Source: Bugula neritina (lineage: Eukaryota; Animalia; Bryozoa). From it: a stretch of DNA of 64,000 bases. Below the pieces are notes generated by a model that searched no databases, was not told the origin of the DNA, and saw only the letters and a list, made by a program, of their open reading frames with translations. Where the stretch lies: assembly GCA_964035545.1 (NCBI GenBank), contig OZ037766.1, positions 15,800,722-15,864,721 on the forward strand. The letters run 5' to 3'. The position numbers were made by a program, and so were the translations under genes. Within the stretch, counting starts at the first letter, position 1. Each line of letters begins with the position of its first letter. Below are positions 26,563 through 40,047 of the stretch, piece by piece.

Positions 26563-26757
26563 CTCGCGCAACAGTCACGGGTCGGCGGTTCGAGCCCAGC
26601 CGTCCTCTCTGCGGAATTGGTAGGCGGGCGACCTGTCGCCGTTCCGGCGCTGATCGCGCGCAGCCCGGCGGTGCCCTCGTTTATCCCATAAACATTATGT
26701 GTGCTGACGTCTGCGTCCTCACTGCTCAGGCGGCGCACTCGACGTCCTAGTGCCCTG

Positions 26758-27600
26758 CAACGATTCTTACGCTGGTTCACCTATGAAAACTTTGTTACAA
26801 CTTTTACTTCCTAGAAGTGATCAATTTTGTTTCACTTTTTGCTTGCTGCATCGTGACGGCCAAAACCGTCTGGAGCAGCTAGCAGTTGGTGAGCTTAACT
26901 AAACATAACTTGGTGGTGTGCTTCCGTCAATTCTGTTAAGTTTCAGCTTTGCAACCACACTCTCTCGGAACACAATGACTTTGGTTTCCCGAGCAATACC
27001 CCTGGCTTCAATTTTAACAGAAGTGCGCCCAATTGCCAAGCAGCAATGTTTTCGTTCAGAACTGCGGCGATATCTGATTGCCTTTGCACCTCTGACTTTT
27101 GTTCTTAATTAATGAAAACATTCTTGGCAAATGCTTTCGCAGTAGGGAGTTTTTGAACGATTGTTGAATATCACCTCTCCCATTCAAGTACTAATGCCAT
27201 TGGCAGTCCTTGTTAATTATAAGCCCACCGACTCTCTAACCAACAATATGAGTACGAGCCCATGTTCCATCATACCATGCTGAGCTGTTCAAGCTGCTCA
27301 CCCCCTCTTAGCGGTTCAATTTTTTCAAGGTGAACGTGGCCTGGTGGTCGGCATGCGTGCTCCGACCATCCGGCGTTCTTATGCCAAGTCTTTTTCTCCA
27401 ACCGCTCAGCGCAATAACCTCAACGACGAGTAGAGTCGGCGCACTGACCGGCTCCCTCAAACTCGGGAGTTGCCGTGCGATGACAGCAACGATCCCGACC
27501 TGGTTTCGAGTTGCTTGACTGGATGCGCGGGACGCGGCAGTCGAGCTAGCGCTCAATACAGGCCGCAGGCTTAATGGCTTTGGTGTGCGGCACACCAGGT
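26758..27600 (-). rRNA. Divergent 18S rRNA pseudogene with internal deletions
   Basis: 3' end block 26758-26915 (sense ttgtaacaaagttttcataggtgaaccagcg). Central block 26911-27336 (sense tgcgaaagcatttgccaagaatgttttcattaa and ggttgcaaagctgaaacttaacagaattgacggaag). Only weak 5'-domain similarity up to ~27600. GC-rich spacer 26563-26757 is in ITS1 position. Confidence 0.88.
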
Positions 27601-28437
27601 GCAACTCTGCAATGTCAAGTGGTCGCCTCGCTTTTTAGTCTAAGACGTGGGCGCACGCGCAGCTGTCTGTAATTGCACGCGGTCTTAGGCGGCCAGACGG
27701 TCAGCTGAGCCATGTCTGGCCTTAGGCAGCTTGGCGGCCACTGCCTATAGTTACGCGGAGAAATGAAAAAATAGAGTCCGGCGAGAAACAGCACAAGGGG
27801 CTGCTGCGGGCGGAGTGAGAGTTGTGCGACCAAAAGAGAAAATGTTTTCTTTGTGAGGGTATAGTAGTGAGCAGAATTCATCCGCCAGCGACAAAAAGGT
27901 CGTGCTACTCGCAACAACCATGCTGCCTAGCCTTTTCATACTCGACAGTTGTCAGAACTAGACGTTTGCTGCCTGTTGATAATACTACTACCTTGCATCA
28001 TTCAAGCATGAATTCAAATTCTGGTTTTTGAGATGCGCCATTCAGACCAAGTATTTCTGATATCATGGAAACTAATCTGGTGTCAGTTCAGTTTGATTTA
28101 ATAAACCAAATTGAGTTAGACCTTGCTGGGGACTTTGACAACTGCAAAGCAAGCATCCCGTCATCACCAGAGATAGTCTGGGATGACGAGTCATTTCCAG
28201 AACCTCAGCCTTCACTTTCATGTGACAGTTGCCCTAAGCCCAAAAGCTACTTGCTACCCGCGGTACTCTACCACCAGTCAGACTGGACAGCCCTAAAAAT
28301 CTTACTCAATGTTAGGCTTTTACCCTCTTTTGCTGCAACAACTTTAGGTTTTAAAAAATATTGTGAAATTTATTGATGCTGCTGTAAAGTGAAAACATAA
28401 CTATACATAACTTTATGAAATTTTATTGAATGCTTAC

Positions 28438-29567
28438 CGATATTTAGAAGAATATCTGCCCAACCAAGTATAAGATTTATGATGCCAAAGCCAACAACAT
28501 AATGGCAGTATGGAATAGCCAAGTTTAGTCCAGCTAAAATTATCACACATACTATGATAAGCTCAACTTTGTGATGAAGCCTTTTATCAACGTATCCATC
28601 GCCTGGAAATATAAAGCAACCACATAGCTTTTAAAAGAAAATGTGTGCTAATTTTTAATTTCGTTTAAATTTTTAAATTATAAGGTAGCTATGTACAATT
28701 CAGTATACTGCAGGTATATAATCAGTATTCTGCAGTATAAAAGTTAATGTCTTGTTTTGTGGTGTAAAATGGCAGCCTACATTTATAAATTGTAATTTTC
28801 TAACATGTCTACATTACTAAAAGATATTTCTATGGAACATTACATATAAATATTCCTAGTCTTCAAGTTGTTAGAGCAAATTGAGATGTGAAGTTTTATC
28901 CAGGATACATCTACATAAGCCACCAACACCCTTCATAGATATAGCTTTAGACAGAGCACCATAGTTTGAGTCTGTTAGGGACATCAGATCTTGAAATGTT
29001 GTTCCATTCACTTCTGACCACAAACCCTGCGCAACAGTAGGATAATTAAATTTTATTTCTAATACCACATTATAGTGAGTATAATTATGACGTGTAATTT
29101 TACTTACATAACTTTAATTTTCAAATGATATTCCTGAAGCAGTTAAAACATAGTTTAATTAGATATAAAAGTCTTACAATACTAAACCAGTATAACACAA
29201 AGTGTCTTCAATATTTCATGTGGTGTTGAGAGTTGTTTTTCCTTAATTGAGTTATCATTTGGTTTATTATCTTCCACTTGCTTTTCTTTAGATTGTAGGA
29301 TTGGTGCCTATTTAAATTACTCATAGACCATTTGTTATGTAGCACAAGCAATAAACATTGAATAAATTACATTAATTTGTTGTTGGATTAATTGACTTGA
29401 CAGTGTATATTAGAAAAAACTCTATCATATTTTCAAATGTTTCAAATTATGGCTATATTTAGTTTTGACAATTTAATTATAAGTCACAATACATATTTCT
29501 CTGCACATGAATTAATCAAACCATACCATACCTTTTCCTCTATCTCTTTTAGTTTATAGGATTCCAT
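28438..29567 (-). pseudogene. MFSD4/NaGLT1-like MFS transporter copy C, exons 1-4, disabled
   Basis: Exons 29567-29532, 29307-29178 (130 nt, frameshift), 29026-28900 (donor GT>AT) and 28602-28438. Exon 5 absent. The block 28312-30550 duplicates 19426-21800. Confidence 0.9.
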
Positions 29568-31492
29568 TACTTCTGTAGATCTTCACCGTTTGTTTTAGGG
29601 TGAATTTGATGGAAGTCGGTCTAAAACATTTTCTAGCTCAAGCAACTATAGTACATATGCAAGAATTAGCATAGTCTGAGTTTTAAGTTTGCAGTGCTGT
29701 GAATGGGACATGACATGAATTTTAAGTGGTAATATTTTTAGATGAGCAAATATTAGATGATAAAATACAAAGAGGTAATGAAAGTTTATCAAAAAGTAAT
29801 TTTTAAATCAAATAATAAAATCATCAATCATGCCACAGCAAATAAGTTTTGTAAATTTGTCTTAAGCATTGCGAAAACTGTTTCCAATTGTTTTTGCAAC
29901 TTTGACTAACAATTAAGAAATTACTATTATAGATATATAAATAAAAAGATATGTGTTGTTGATTAAAACTTTGGTAAAATAATATTATGTTTTTTAGTCA
30001 AGATAAAAAAAAATTATAAGTAAGTACTACTCTGCTAAAATCATATTACAGAAATGTTATAGTTATTTAAAGAGTACATACATACAAAGCTAGAGAATAG
30101 AGAAAGTTGCTTACATTATGATTACTATCTGAATTGCTTATAAAAGTATCTCACCATATGTAGCATTGTTACCTAAAAGTTGAGAAGAAACATTCCAAAT
30201 GCCAGATTGATTGTATTTAGCGTGCAACCAATTTTTGGTATTGGGTGAATACTATAATTCCAACCAACATTTTTGATCACGAACTGTATGTTTATAGAAA
30301 TTGTAGCTATCTCTCTAAAAAGAGAAGTTAGTGTTGTACTAAGCCAACTACAACCAGTTTACTATATTTTTTGCTTAACCAAACTACTGTATTTATTATT
30401 CATTTATTTTTTGAGTATTTTGACAAAAACTCTCCTTTTAGCCATGCACAGCAACAAAGATAGATATACGTGGTAATTATTGAAAGAGCTGCAGATTCCA
30501 TAATAGTTAGCATACTACCGTTGTATTTTAAAACTAGAACTGTTTACCAAATTAGTGCGTTGCGTTCTCGGCAATAGGTGACAAGCAAAAAGTTTAACAA
30601 TATCCACAAGGTACCTAGCATTTATAAGATTTACTCTCCTTAGGATGTCTATAAAGCAAGTAATTGTAACACAGGTTAAAGTGACAGGGCTGCTACTATA
30701 AACAGGAGAAGAAAATTTGTTTGTGAGTATTAAAAGGTATGTGTTAAAGTGTACTATATAAAGATTTTCATTTAGCACTTTAGCAGCACATTAAGTAGAA
30801 TTTTAACCATTATCATAAAACCTTCGTGAAATTTTTTTTTTCAAAAAGCATATTGAGTCTCACAGTTTATGCTTCAAAGCTATGGAAGCAGTTATCAAAG
30901 TTTATTTCATACTATGTATATACCTGATATTTGAATAATTTACTGAGCCTTTTTATAAAGGAGTTTTCAAACACTAATAAGTAGTCTGTTATATTATATA
31001 GTTCAAATAAACTAAGGCCTATAGATAGTATATTTCATAGTTTACTAGTCTACTGAACTTTCCTCCTATAGCTGCAGCAAGCAAAAAATACTAAGTTACA
31101 ATAGAGTCTTGATATAGGAATGCTACCGTAGATAATTTCAATTACACTATTCATATGCAATTTACTGGAAAAAATACCTAGACTAGCACTAAGTCATAGT
31201 CAGTGGAGCAAATAGAATAGAGATGAAGCCCTATAGATAACATCTAAGCAGAGTAATTTATTGTTATGAGTTCTGCATGACAGGGTATATATAAAGCCCT
31301 TGAATCATAAAGTGAACTTCTTATTACATGCATTCCTATCCTATGAAAAAATGAACTATATTTTGCTCTTGCAGTGAAAACTTTCCTCTTTGAATGCATT
31401 ATATCATAAGATCTCTAGCTCATTCCCAAAAAATACTCTAATTTATACAAAAAACACACACACACACACACGCGCACACACACACACACACA

Positions 31493-31546
<54 letters not shown>

Positions 31547-31549
<3 letters not shown>

Positions 31550-31648
31550 CCCCTAGAGTTACTTGGGCGCACTGGCTTGAGTTCACACACATTTTAAATA
31601 CGTTTTAGTAAAAACAAAAGTTTCTACTATTGCTTAGGTTTGGGCCAC
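31547..31648 (+). repeat. Inverted internal fragment of the hammerhead repeat family, without ribozyme
   Basis: Diverged reverse complement of ~2632-2730, directly after (CA)n/(TA)n at 31455-31546. Confidence 0.75.
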
Positions 31649-32357
31649 TTTTTTAGTGATTATAGGTTGTGCAATGCAGCAGCTAAAAATAGCATGCAAT
31701 GAAAATAAGCTATAATTAGTATATGTTTTATTATAGTAGCGTGAAGTCAAAGCCAGTCCGAAACGTTGCGCGAAAGCCATTGGAAACTCCAAATCATTTC
31801 AGCACATACTCGCACAAAATTTTTCGTAAGACATAATTGTTTAAGCATACAACCTTAAAACAGTATGTTGATTAAAACTAATGTATTTAAGAATATTTTA
31901 TTACTGCATAAGTGAAGTGTGTCAGGGATTCTTCAAATAACAAGAACAAATGTAGGGCTTTGGCTTAGCTATTTTGTAATTAATATTTCCTTATCCATGG
32001 ACATTATGAAGAGATGAAGGAAAAATTTTTAACAACATTTTAATTATGAGGTACTCTTTATTGTAAAATCAACCCACTCAGATTTTCTAAAATTTACAGC
32101 AAGTCTTGCTGAAGTGAATAAAATATTTAAGTCAATTATCAAGTTGGTAAAGTCACAATCTGAATACGTTAGACCTAGAAACTATAAGTAAGTTTAGGGC
32201 TACTGTAAAGATTTCTAAAAGTAAATTTCAAAGTCTGCAATGAAGGCAACATAAGCTATAGGTATGTTTTAGTGATGCCAGATTAAACTTAGCAGACAGA
32301 CGCACAGTTAAGCAAATATCATAATAGAAAAGAAGTTTACAAAATATTGAACATTCA

Positions 32358-35300
32358 TTAGGCTACAATTTTGGAGAATCTGTCACCACGTGTACAAGCA
32401 ATGCTTTGCATTATAGTAGGTAAAACACAAATAATTACTCCGTACCCCAAGAAAAACGTTGTCATTATCTGAATACCTAACATTTCCACAAAGTGACCAA
32501 CAATTGGGAGGAATGAGAGGTCAGCTATACCAGAAGCAATTGAAGGTATCATAACTCCAGTAGCAGTCAAAATTATATAGCGGTTAGCCCAAGCAACCCC
32601 CGAGGGGTAGGCTGGACCAGTAAAAAGTCCCAAACAGCATACACAGACCCACATAACAATCTGGTTGTCACTGCAGAAAAACAAAACTAAAGCACTAATT
32701 AAATTCCCCACACCTTCAATAAAAATAACATACTTCATATGAATCAAACTACTAACTAGAAAGCCTAGTGTCCGACCAACTGCATTTGACAACCAATAAG
32801 CTGTCAGAAGGTTTTCAGCTTTACTGGGGCTGAAGCAAGCTTGATTTCTTGCATAGGAATAAAGATATTTAGCTCCACTTTTTGCGCCACTAGTTGCTAT
32901 GTAACACCACAAAAATAGTAATACATAAAGAAAAAAAGCGAATATCGGATCACCAGGAGCACAAGTATTAAAGTTGAACATTTCTCTAAATGATCTCTTA
33001 CTATTTTCTTTATCACAATCATTTAAATTCTTGTCCTGCTTGCTTTTGAATAAATAGAAGAAAACCCAATTACATGCTACTATAGTTACAGTTCCTGAAA
33101 TAATGAAAAAGCCATATTTCAAATTGGAAGAAGTATTGGTAAGAGTGCTTGCAGGTAGGTTTGTGGTGACATTAGATAACGTTGAGTCAGTGCTATTCAT
33201 GATATCAAATGTAGAGTTAGTAAAAGGTAGAGGTGTCATCACTTCACAGACAGAGCTAGTAATTGTTTTCTCATCTTTAGGAAGTTGCTCACTGATAAAA
33301 GGTTTCACAATTTGAGGGACGATAAAGCCACCAACCCCATAACCAACATGAACACTGTGAAGAGGTCCACTGGCTTTCTCTTTCCAAATATCCATTATAA
33401 TTACTTGACCAGCTGTAACAAAAAGTGATGCTAATTTTGTAGTGCATGTACCGTGCATCATATATAAGCTTACAGGATCAGTGACATGTATATAAGTGTC
33501 ATATAAGGAACAGGGATTCATATAAAATACAAAATATTTGAAAAAGATTTATTGAGAATTTGGCAACCTAATGACAGTCAATTGCCAAAGTTGATTGCGT
33601 TGTTGGAGTTACAAGGAACACAAGCCATGAACTTAGTGTGAATAATGGCTTCAGTTAAACTTTCATCAGAAAAATTAGATAATTATGTGTTAGCTCCCAA
33701 TGCTCTTTTTCACAGACTGATTCAACGATCTGGCAGGCAGCTCTATCTCAAACATAATTTTTACTGGTTGATTTTAGATAAACAGTGCAATTTTGACCCA
33801 TAGATTTTAAGATAAATAAGGCTTTATGCTAAGCTGCTACTTATTGTGTTTTTTTGCATATGATTCTAGATATTTTTATAAAAATAACTCACCGATATTC
33901 AACAGAACATCTGCCCAGCCAAGTAGAATATTAATGATACCAAAGCCAACAACATATTGACAAAATGGAATAACTGAGTTTAGCACTGCACATAGCATTA
34001 CAGATGCTGCTAGGATAAGCTCAACTTTACCATGAAGCCTTTCCACTATGTATCCACCACCTGAGATATTTTCAACACTTGCATGTACAGAGTTGCTACG
34101 TTAGCAAAACAGTTTGTTGCATGCAGTATAACAATATTTGTTATTTGATGTTCTACATAGAGTGAGAGTTTTTATAATCGTAGATCTATAGTACTGTCTA
34201 ATTGCAGTTATTGATGAACTTACAACATAGAAACAATACATAAAATACTCTCAACCTTCAAATGGTCAAGAGTAGCTATGTCGCAAGGTTTTACCCAAGA
34301 AACATCCACATAAGCCACCAACACCCTTCATAGATATAGCTTGAGACAGAGCACCATAGTTTGAGTTTGTTAGGGACATCAGATCTTGAAATGTTGCTCC
34401 ATTTACTTCTGACCACAAACCCTGTGCAACAGGAGGATATTCATGTGATAAAAAGCAAAATCTTATATATTCATTGAATAGTTATATCGTAATGGTATTA
34501 TTGTTTGATTGTAATTTACTTTTTAGTGCTTTTTAAACATATCAAAAGCATTTTATTATGGCATAAATCTTACCATACTAAACCAAGTCAATATAACGCA
34601 AAATGTTTTTGCTATTTTATATATCATTGAGAGTTGCTTTTCCTCTGTTGGATCATTACTCTGTTCATTATCTTCTGACTTTTCTTCAGATTGTAAAATT
34701 GGTGCCTATTCAAGATCAGTTAAAGCTTATATATTTTGTAGCACTTGCAAAAAAACAACCATATATAATCAATCACTGTGTTCCCATTCCTTCGCATTAT
34801 TCGAATTGATGCTCTTACGATCAATTTTTGGTTGCAGTTTGAAGAAACCTAGGGTTGTGGTTTCAGTTGATGCAACTGTTTCCAAACACTGTATGAAAAC
34901 TCCATTGGCATAATGCCAACTTTGGAAACCAGTTATTTACAATACCTATCTAGTATCATTAGATTGTCAGCTGTTCTAGTTCATATCGAAAAATTAAATC
35001 AATATTCACATGCCTCTGATGTTAGTTGGTTTGTTTCATGCATAATGAATGTTGCACGTATATTGTGCATCAAAATCACAGTATAATATGTAAAATGATC
35101 TTTATTGTAATCTATATTTCAATCTGAGCTAAAAGAGTTGACCCAAGCATTCTATTATAATATTTAAAAACTTGTTTCTACTAGACGAGTCAGGCAAAGC
35201 TATGTCACTCACACACAATCATAAATCATTACTATATGTACTAGATAAAATTTAATATGCTCATATTTAAAAATAAACTCTACAAATAAATTTATAATAC

Positions 35301-35608
35301 AGAGAATTTATAATAAAGATAACAAATTTAAAAGCGCACTGTTTAGATTTAGTTTGGCCTTTGATAAATAAGTAACTGTCACAAGACAAGCTTTTGCTGG
35401 GAAAATAAAAGATTTGTCTTTTTTAGGAACAAAAGCATGAAGATACAGCAGGTTTTTAATTAGCTAAATTATAATTTATTTAATAAAACAGAAAAGCTGG
35501 TTATATGCAACACAAAATATTAAATAGCTCTTTTCAAACAGAGCAAATTTAAGAAACCCAAGCTGTGTTTACCTTTTCCCCTATCTCCTTTAGCTTGTAG
35601 GACTCCAT
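32358..35608 (-). CDS. MFSD4/NaGLT1-like major facilitator superfamily transporter copy D, intact, 505 aa
   Basis: Exons 35608-35573, 34705-34574, 34421-34295, 34060-33893 and 33412-32358 total 1518 nt, all GT-AG and in phase. Multiple hydrophobic helices and motifs HSVHVGYGVGGFIVPQIVKPF and GPAYPSGVAW. Family assignment is by motif recall, not a search. Confidence 0.9.
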
Positions 35609-37083
35609 TGTGTCTGTATATGTACAAAGCCTGTCTGAGAGTCAAGAAAGTCAGTCCTAAACCTTTTTCAACTCAAAACTATGCTATGGAGTATAAACAC
35701 AATGATCAAATTCATGGTTTGTAAATAAAATTTAAATTAAGGAATTATGTATAAGTGTGCTGTCAAAGATTTAGGTTAGCAGCGTTCTTATTTAGAGGAG
35801 CAAAGTAGCCTATATTGGGCATAAAACAATACTGAGATTTGTAACTAGCAATTAAAAGTTGATTATTAAATTTTTAAGACAACTATGTCACAATAATTTT
35901 TTTTCTAGCAATAATAGCAATTTTTTTAAGTTTAGCTGCACATCAATTAGATAATAGAAAAATAAGTTGCTAATATAACTTTGCTTCATAGCTAGTTGTA
36001 TTAACTGCCTTTGGGTACTTTTGCAAACTTGCATGGTATCTGGGTTTATAGTGTGACCACTTGATTGAAATGGTTTGGCTAAGAATTTGTTATCAGAGGT
36101 GGAAGAGGAGTGATAATTACTAGACGTTCTTTCTAATATCACCAATGGCATTATTCACACTACGCACTGACCTAGTGTTTACTAAGTCAGTGCTCTAACC
36201 TCTCTACCACTACTACTATCTCACCTATAAAGCATGTGATACTAGTATGAAAACAAATCTTACTTTAAAAGAGCCAGCAACAGAGCTAATCCATAATATT
36301 TTGAAGCCAAAATCTAGCAAAAAGTGACGGTTAAGAGATATTGCTCTTCAAAACATAGTTCCATAAAAGCATATTCTAGGCATTGACATAGCTAAAATGA
36401 CCTAGTTTAGTCTGCTAGTAAATACAACAATTACAAAGTTTTTCTTATAAATAATACCTATTAGCGTAACATGCAAATGGCACAGCCACTTCATGCAAGC
36501 ATTTATATCTAATCATCATTGTAATTGGCAACAATTGCCATTTAAAAGTTATTAGAACCCAAGCTCTAAAAATCCATTTCACACCTTAAGTTGAGATTAT
36601 TTACAATTCAAATTAAAATTTTAATGTCCATACCGCTCAAATTTTGAAAAATGCCGCAAAACAATAAATTCTTTAATTTGATTTACCAACTTAGCTAAAG
36701 GGGTTTGAGACACTGTGATGGCGATGAATATAAGTAGCAGTTGGAAAATCACGAAATCGTGATGAGCACAACTAAATACTTGGCATCCTAAAATCATCAG
36801 CAAATTCAGTGCTGCTTGCATATATAGAAGATTTTTTTCTAAATCAATACTTTGAATTACGAGGCAACTTTTTTCAAAGGTTTACATTGTGCTTATGAAG
36901 CAAGCCCAAGTGCATACCAGAATTGTTTGAAAACCAAGCTAGTGCTACTGCTAACTATGTAATATATTATGATTCCTTTAACTCTAGTTGAAAGTAGAAC
37001 TACAAGCACTATCATACCTTACCACCTATAATAATGTATTTGTATTGGAAGTTGTAATATGTTCAATACATGACAAGGGATTG

Positions 37084-37409
<326 letters not shown>

Positions 37410-39417
37410 AGCTTAAAAGAAAAGGAGAATAGACCATAGCAATCCATTATTATGTATTGAATATAGTATGATTTGCAATACAAATACGTTATTATTGGTG
37501 GTAAGGTATGATAGTGCTTGTAGTTCTACTATCAAGTAGAGATATAGAAATTTCTACATAATTTACATATTTATTAAACTTATCTTCTATAGCAAAAACA
37601 GAAAAATGATGTGCAATAATTGAATGCTGCTATAGATGCTTTTAAATACAATATTTCCATGCCCAGAAATATTATATTTGCAATTGAACATATAGTATAA
37701 CTTCCAATACGAATACATTATTACAGGTAGTTATAAGGTATAATAGTGGTTGCATAGGTCAACTCACAGGCAAAGTTAAAAGGAGTTTTAAGCAATTTAT
37801 ATGCTTACTAACTTACCATCTACATTACCAAAAAAATATGATCTGCACCAAGTTCTTGATAATGAAATGCTCCTTTAGATTATTTCAATTACAATCCTTC
37901 CATGCCTGGAAAATTACCTTAACTAGGACTAAGCTATAAGCAGTTTAACTAACTGAATAAAGATAAAGCTTGATATAAACTGTAGGCCTACACAGAATGA
38001 TTGATTGAGTTTTGGATGACAGGAGTTTAATAAAGCCAGTGAAGCATAAAATGAACTGTATATGAAAATGTACAAACGTGCCTTCTTTACAGCTCTAAAA
38101 CCTGAGAAAGTAATCTCGTATATGTACCACCTGCAGAAATGACTTCTGTTACATTCTATTATCAAGACCTTTCAGCCGTGTTCCTTATTTTTTTAACTTG
38201 TATTAATTTTATACAACAATATTGCTAAGGTATGACTTACCAGGCATGACTACGTACAAAAGAAGAACAATTACAAGGTAAGACAACTTATATGTCTACT
38301 AGCCACTGCAAGTGTGAGAGTTGTTTTATGACCTGATGCGCTCAACTCACTCTTCTGAAGCATTCCGCTCTTTATATATAAACAGAATGCCTCGTTCTGA
38401 AATGAGCTCCAAATTGGGCATCTGAGTCAAGCGTCTTAACACAGTTTTTGGTGTCCAACTCGGACGTCCAAACAAAACTTGGGTGTCTAAATCAGGTAAA
38501 ATTTATGTATCATGATGCATAATGCAAGAGCCAGCTCTGCTTTGTGCTTGTTCAGTATTTTAATGTTTATTATTTTAGTTTGGCTTGTTGAATAATTTTC
38601 TCTCCATTCGAAATACACTAAAACCTACACGCCTGATAGATGCTGTTTTTCTCATAACACAGACTACAACATGCATAAAATTAGACGTTCTTTCCAGGTT
38701 AACTATTTCAGAGTAAGTTACAACCTAATGGATGATGTGATGAGTTATAATTAGAAAGTTTATTGTCATGTGTTAGCAGGTTGAGCAGAGGATGCTATAA
38801 GCATATCAGTGTTTAACTTGACCTTCTCTTAGTAGTGTTCTTAGGAAACACTAACTTTAAATCTTTTTAAGTTTGCTCAAATTTCCAACCTCCAAGTAGA
38901 ACTACAAACATTTTTAACTATATAAAGAGACCGCAGTACAGTAGATTTAATAGAGAACATTATTTTTATTCTATAAGTTTATTCGATTACATAATGGAAT
39001 ATATAATTAAACAGAACAACTACTGGTGCTAACAAGAATATATAGCAAATGCAGCAAATACAATTTGCAGGAATAGTTGCCTTGAGCTTAGCAAAACAAT
39101 ATTGTAATAAAAATAAATTTAGGGAAAAACAATCAAGTAGCATATTAAACTTCAATTTTAAGTACTTTAATATAGTGTGTCTAATTTTTGCCACAGTTTA
39201 TTCTTGGAGGCATTGCTAATAGAGTTTCAAAAAAAGATCGATCATCGAGTTGTACTACTTGAGCATAAAAAAACTTAAGTGTCAGTTATAAAAGGTTTTA
39301 GAAAAATTAAATCAAAGAAAATTCTAAAAAAGATAAAAAACAACAAAAATTTATTCTCTCAGAGTGTAACAAATCTAAATAGTATAAGATGAATGGTAAA
39401 AATTTGGCTGACTATAT

Positions 39418-39890
39418 TATTGATTGATTGATCTATTTATTACATATCAAAGACATGAAAACATGTTGTGCAATTTAGTGTAAATATTGGCCTCAATAAG
39501 TAACATGAACAAAAATAAAAAAATTCAGAACTCTGTAGGATTATTTAAAGTAAAATATCTAAAAAAAATTTACAAAATGTAGTAAAAACTATCTCTGCCC
39601 CATGCTCCTCTAAATTTATTGGTTAGATATTTTCCGGAGGCGAATTTACTTAGGAGCTCATTAATAAAATGGTCATCGTCAACTATATATTTGATGGCAA
39701 GTGCGTTAGTTAGTTTCTGAATATGTAAATTTATGTTATGACACTTAATGCCAAGTTTAGAGCAATCTTTGAAAATATTTATGACAGCCTTTTTATCACT
39801 GGCGTAGACACAAGTAAAAATAATTATATGTAGACAATAGGAGATGAGGTACATGATAAAATCTTTGGGTAACATATTAGCTAGAGATTA
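39418..39890 (-). mobile_element. 3' fragment of a non-LTR retrotransposon
   Basis: ORF end (39570-39875) followed by a short UTR, AATAAA and a (TCAA)n tail. Confidence 0.55.
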
Positions 39891-40047
39891 AAAGCTAAAA
39901 TTCACAAAATTCTTTACAATATACATTCTTCCTCTTTTGTCCCTACCGATTGTACATGCTCATATGATATCTTATTCACTATAACACCGAAATATCTCAA
40001 TTTACTTTGCAGAAGACAGGAATCATTTCATAGCAAACTGGTACCTA

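Noticed and set aside
26511-27939. GC-rich ORFs suggesting a bacterial or viral insert
   Set aside because: Explained as chance frames across rRNA and spacer sequence
33413-33521. N-terminal extension of the 387-aa ORF 32358..33521
   Set aside because: Intronic read-through; the conserved acceptor places the exon start at 33412, and exons 1-4 supply the N-terminus
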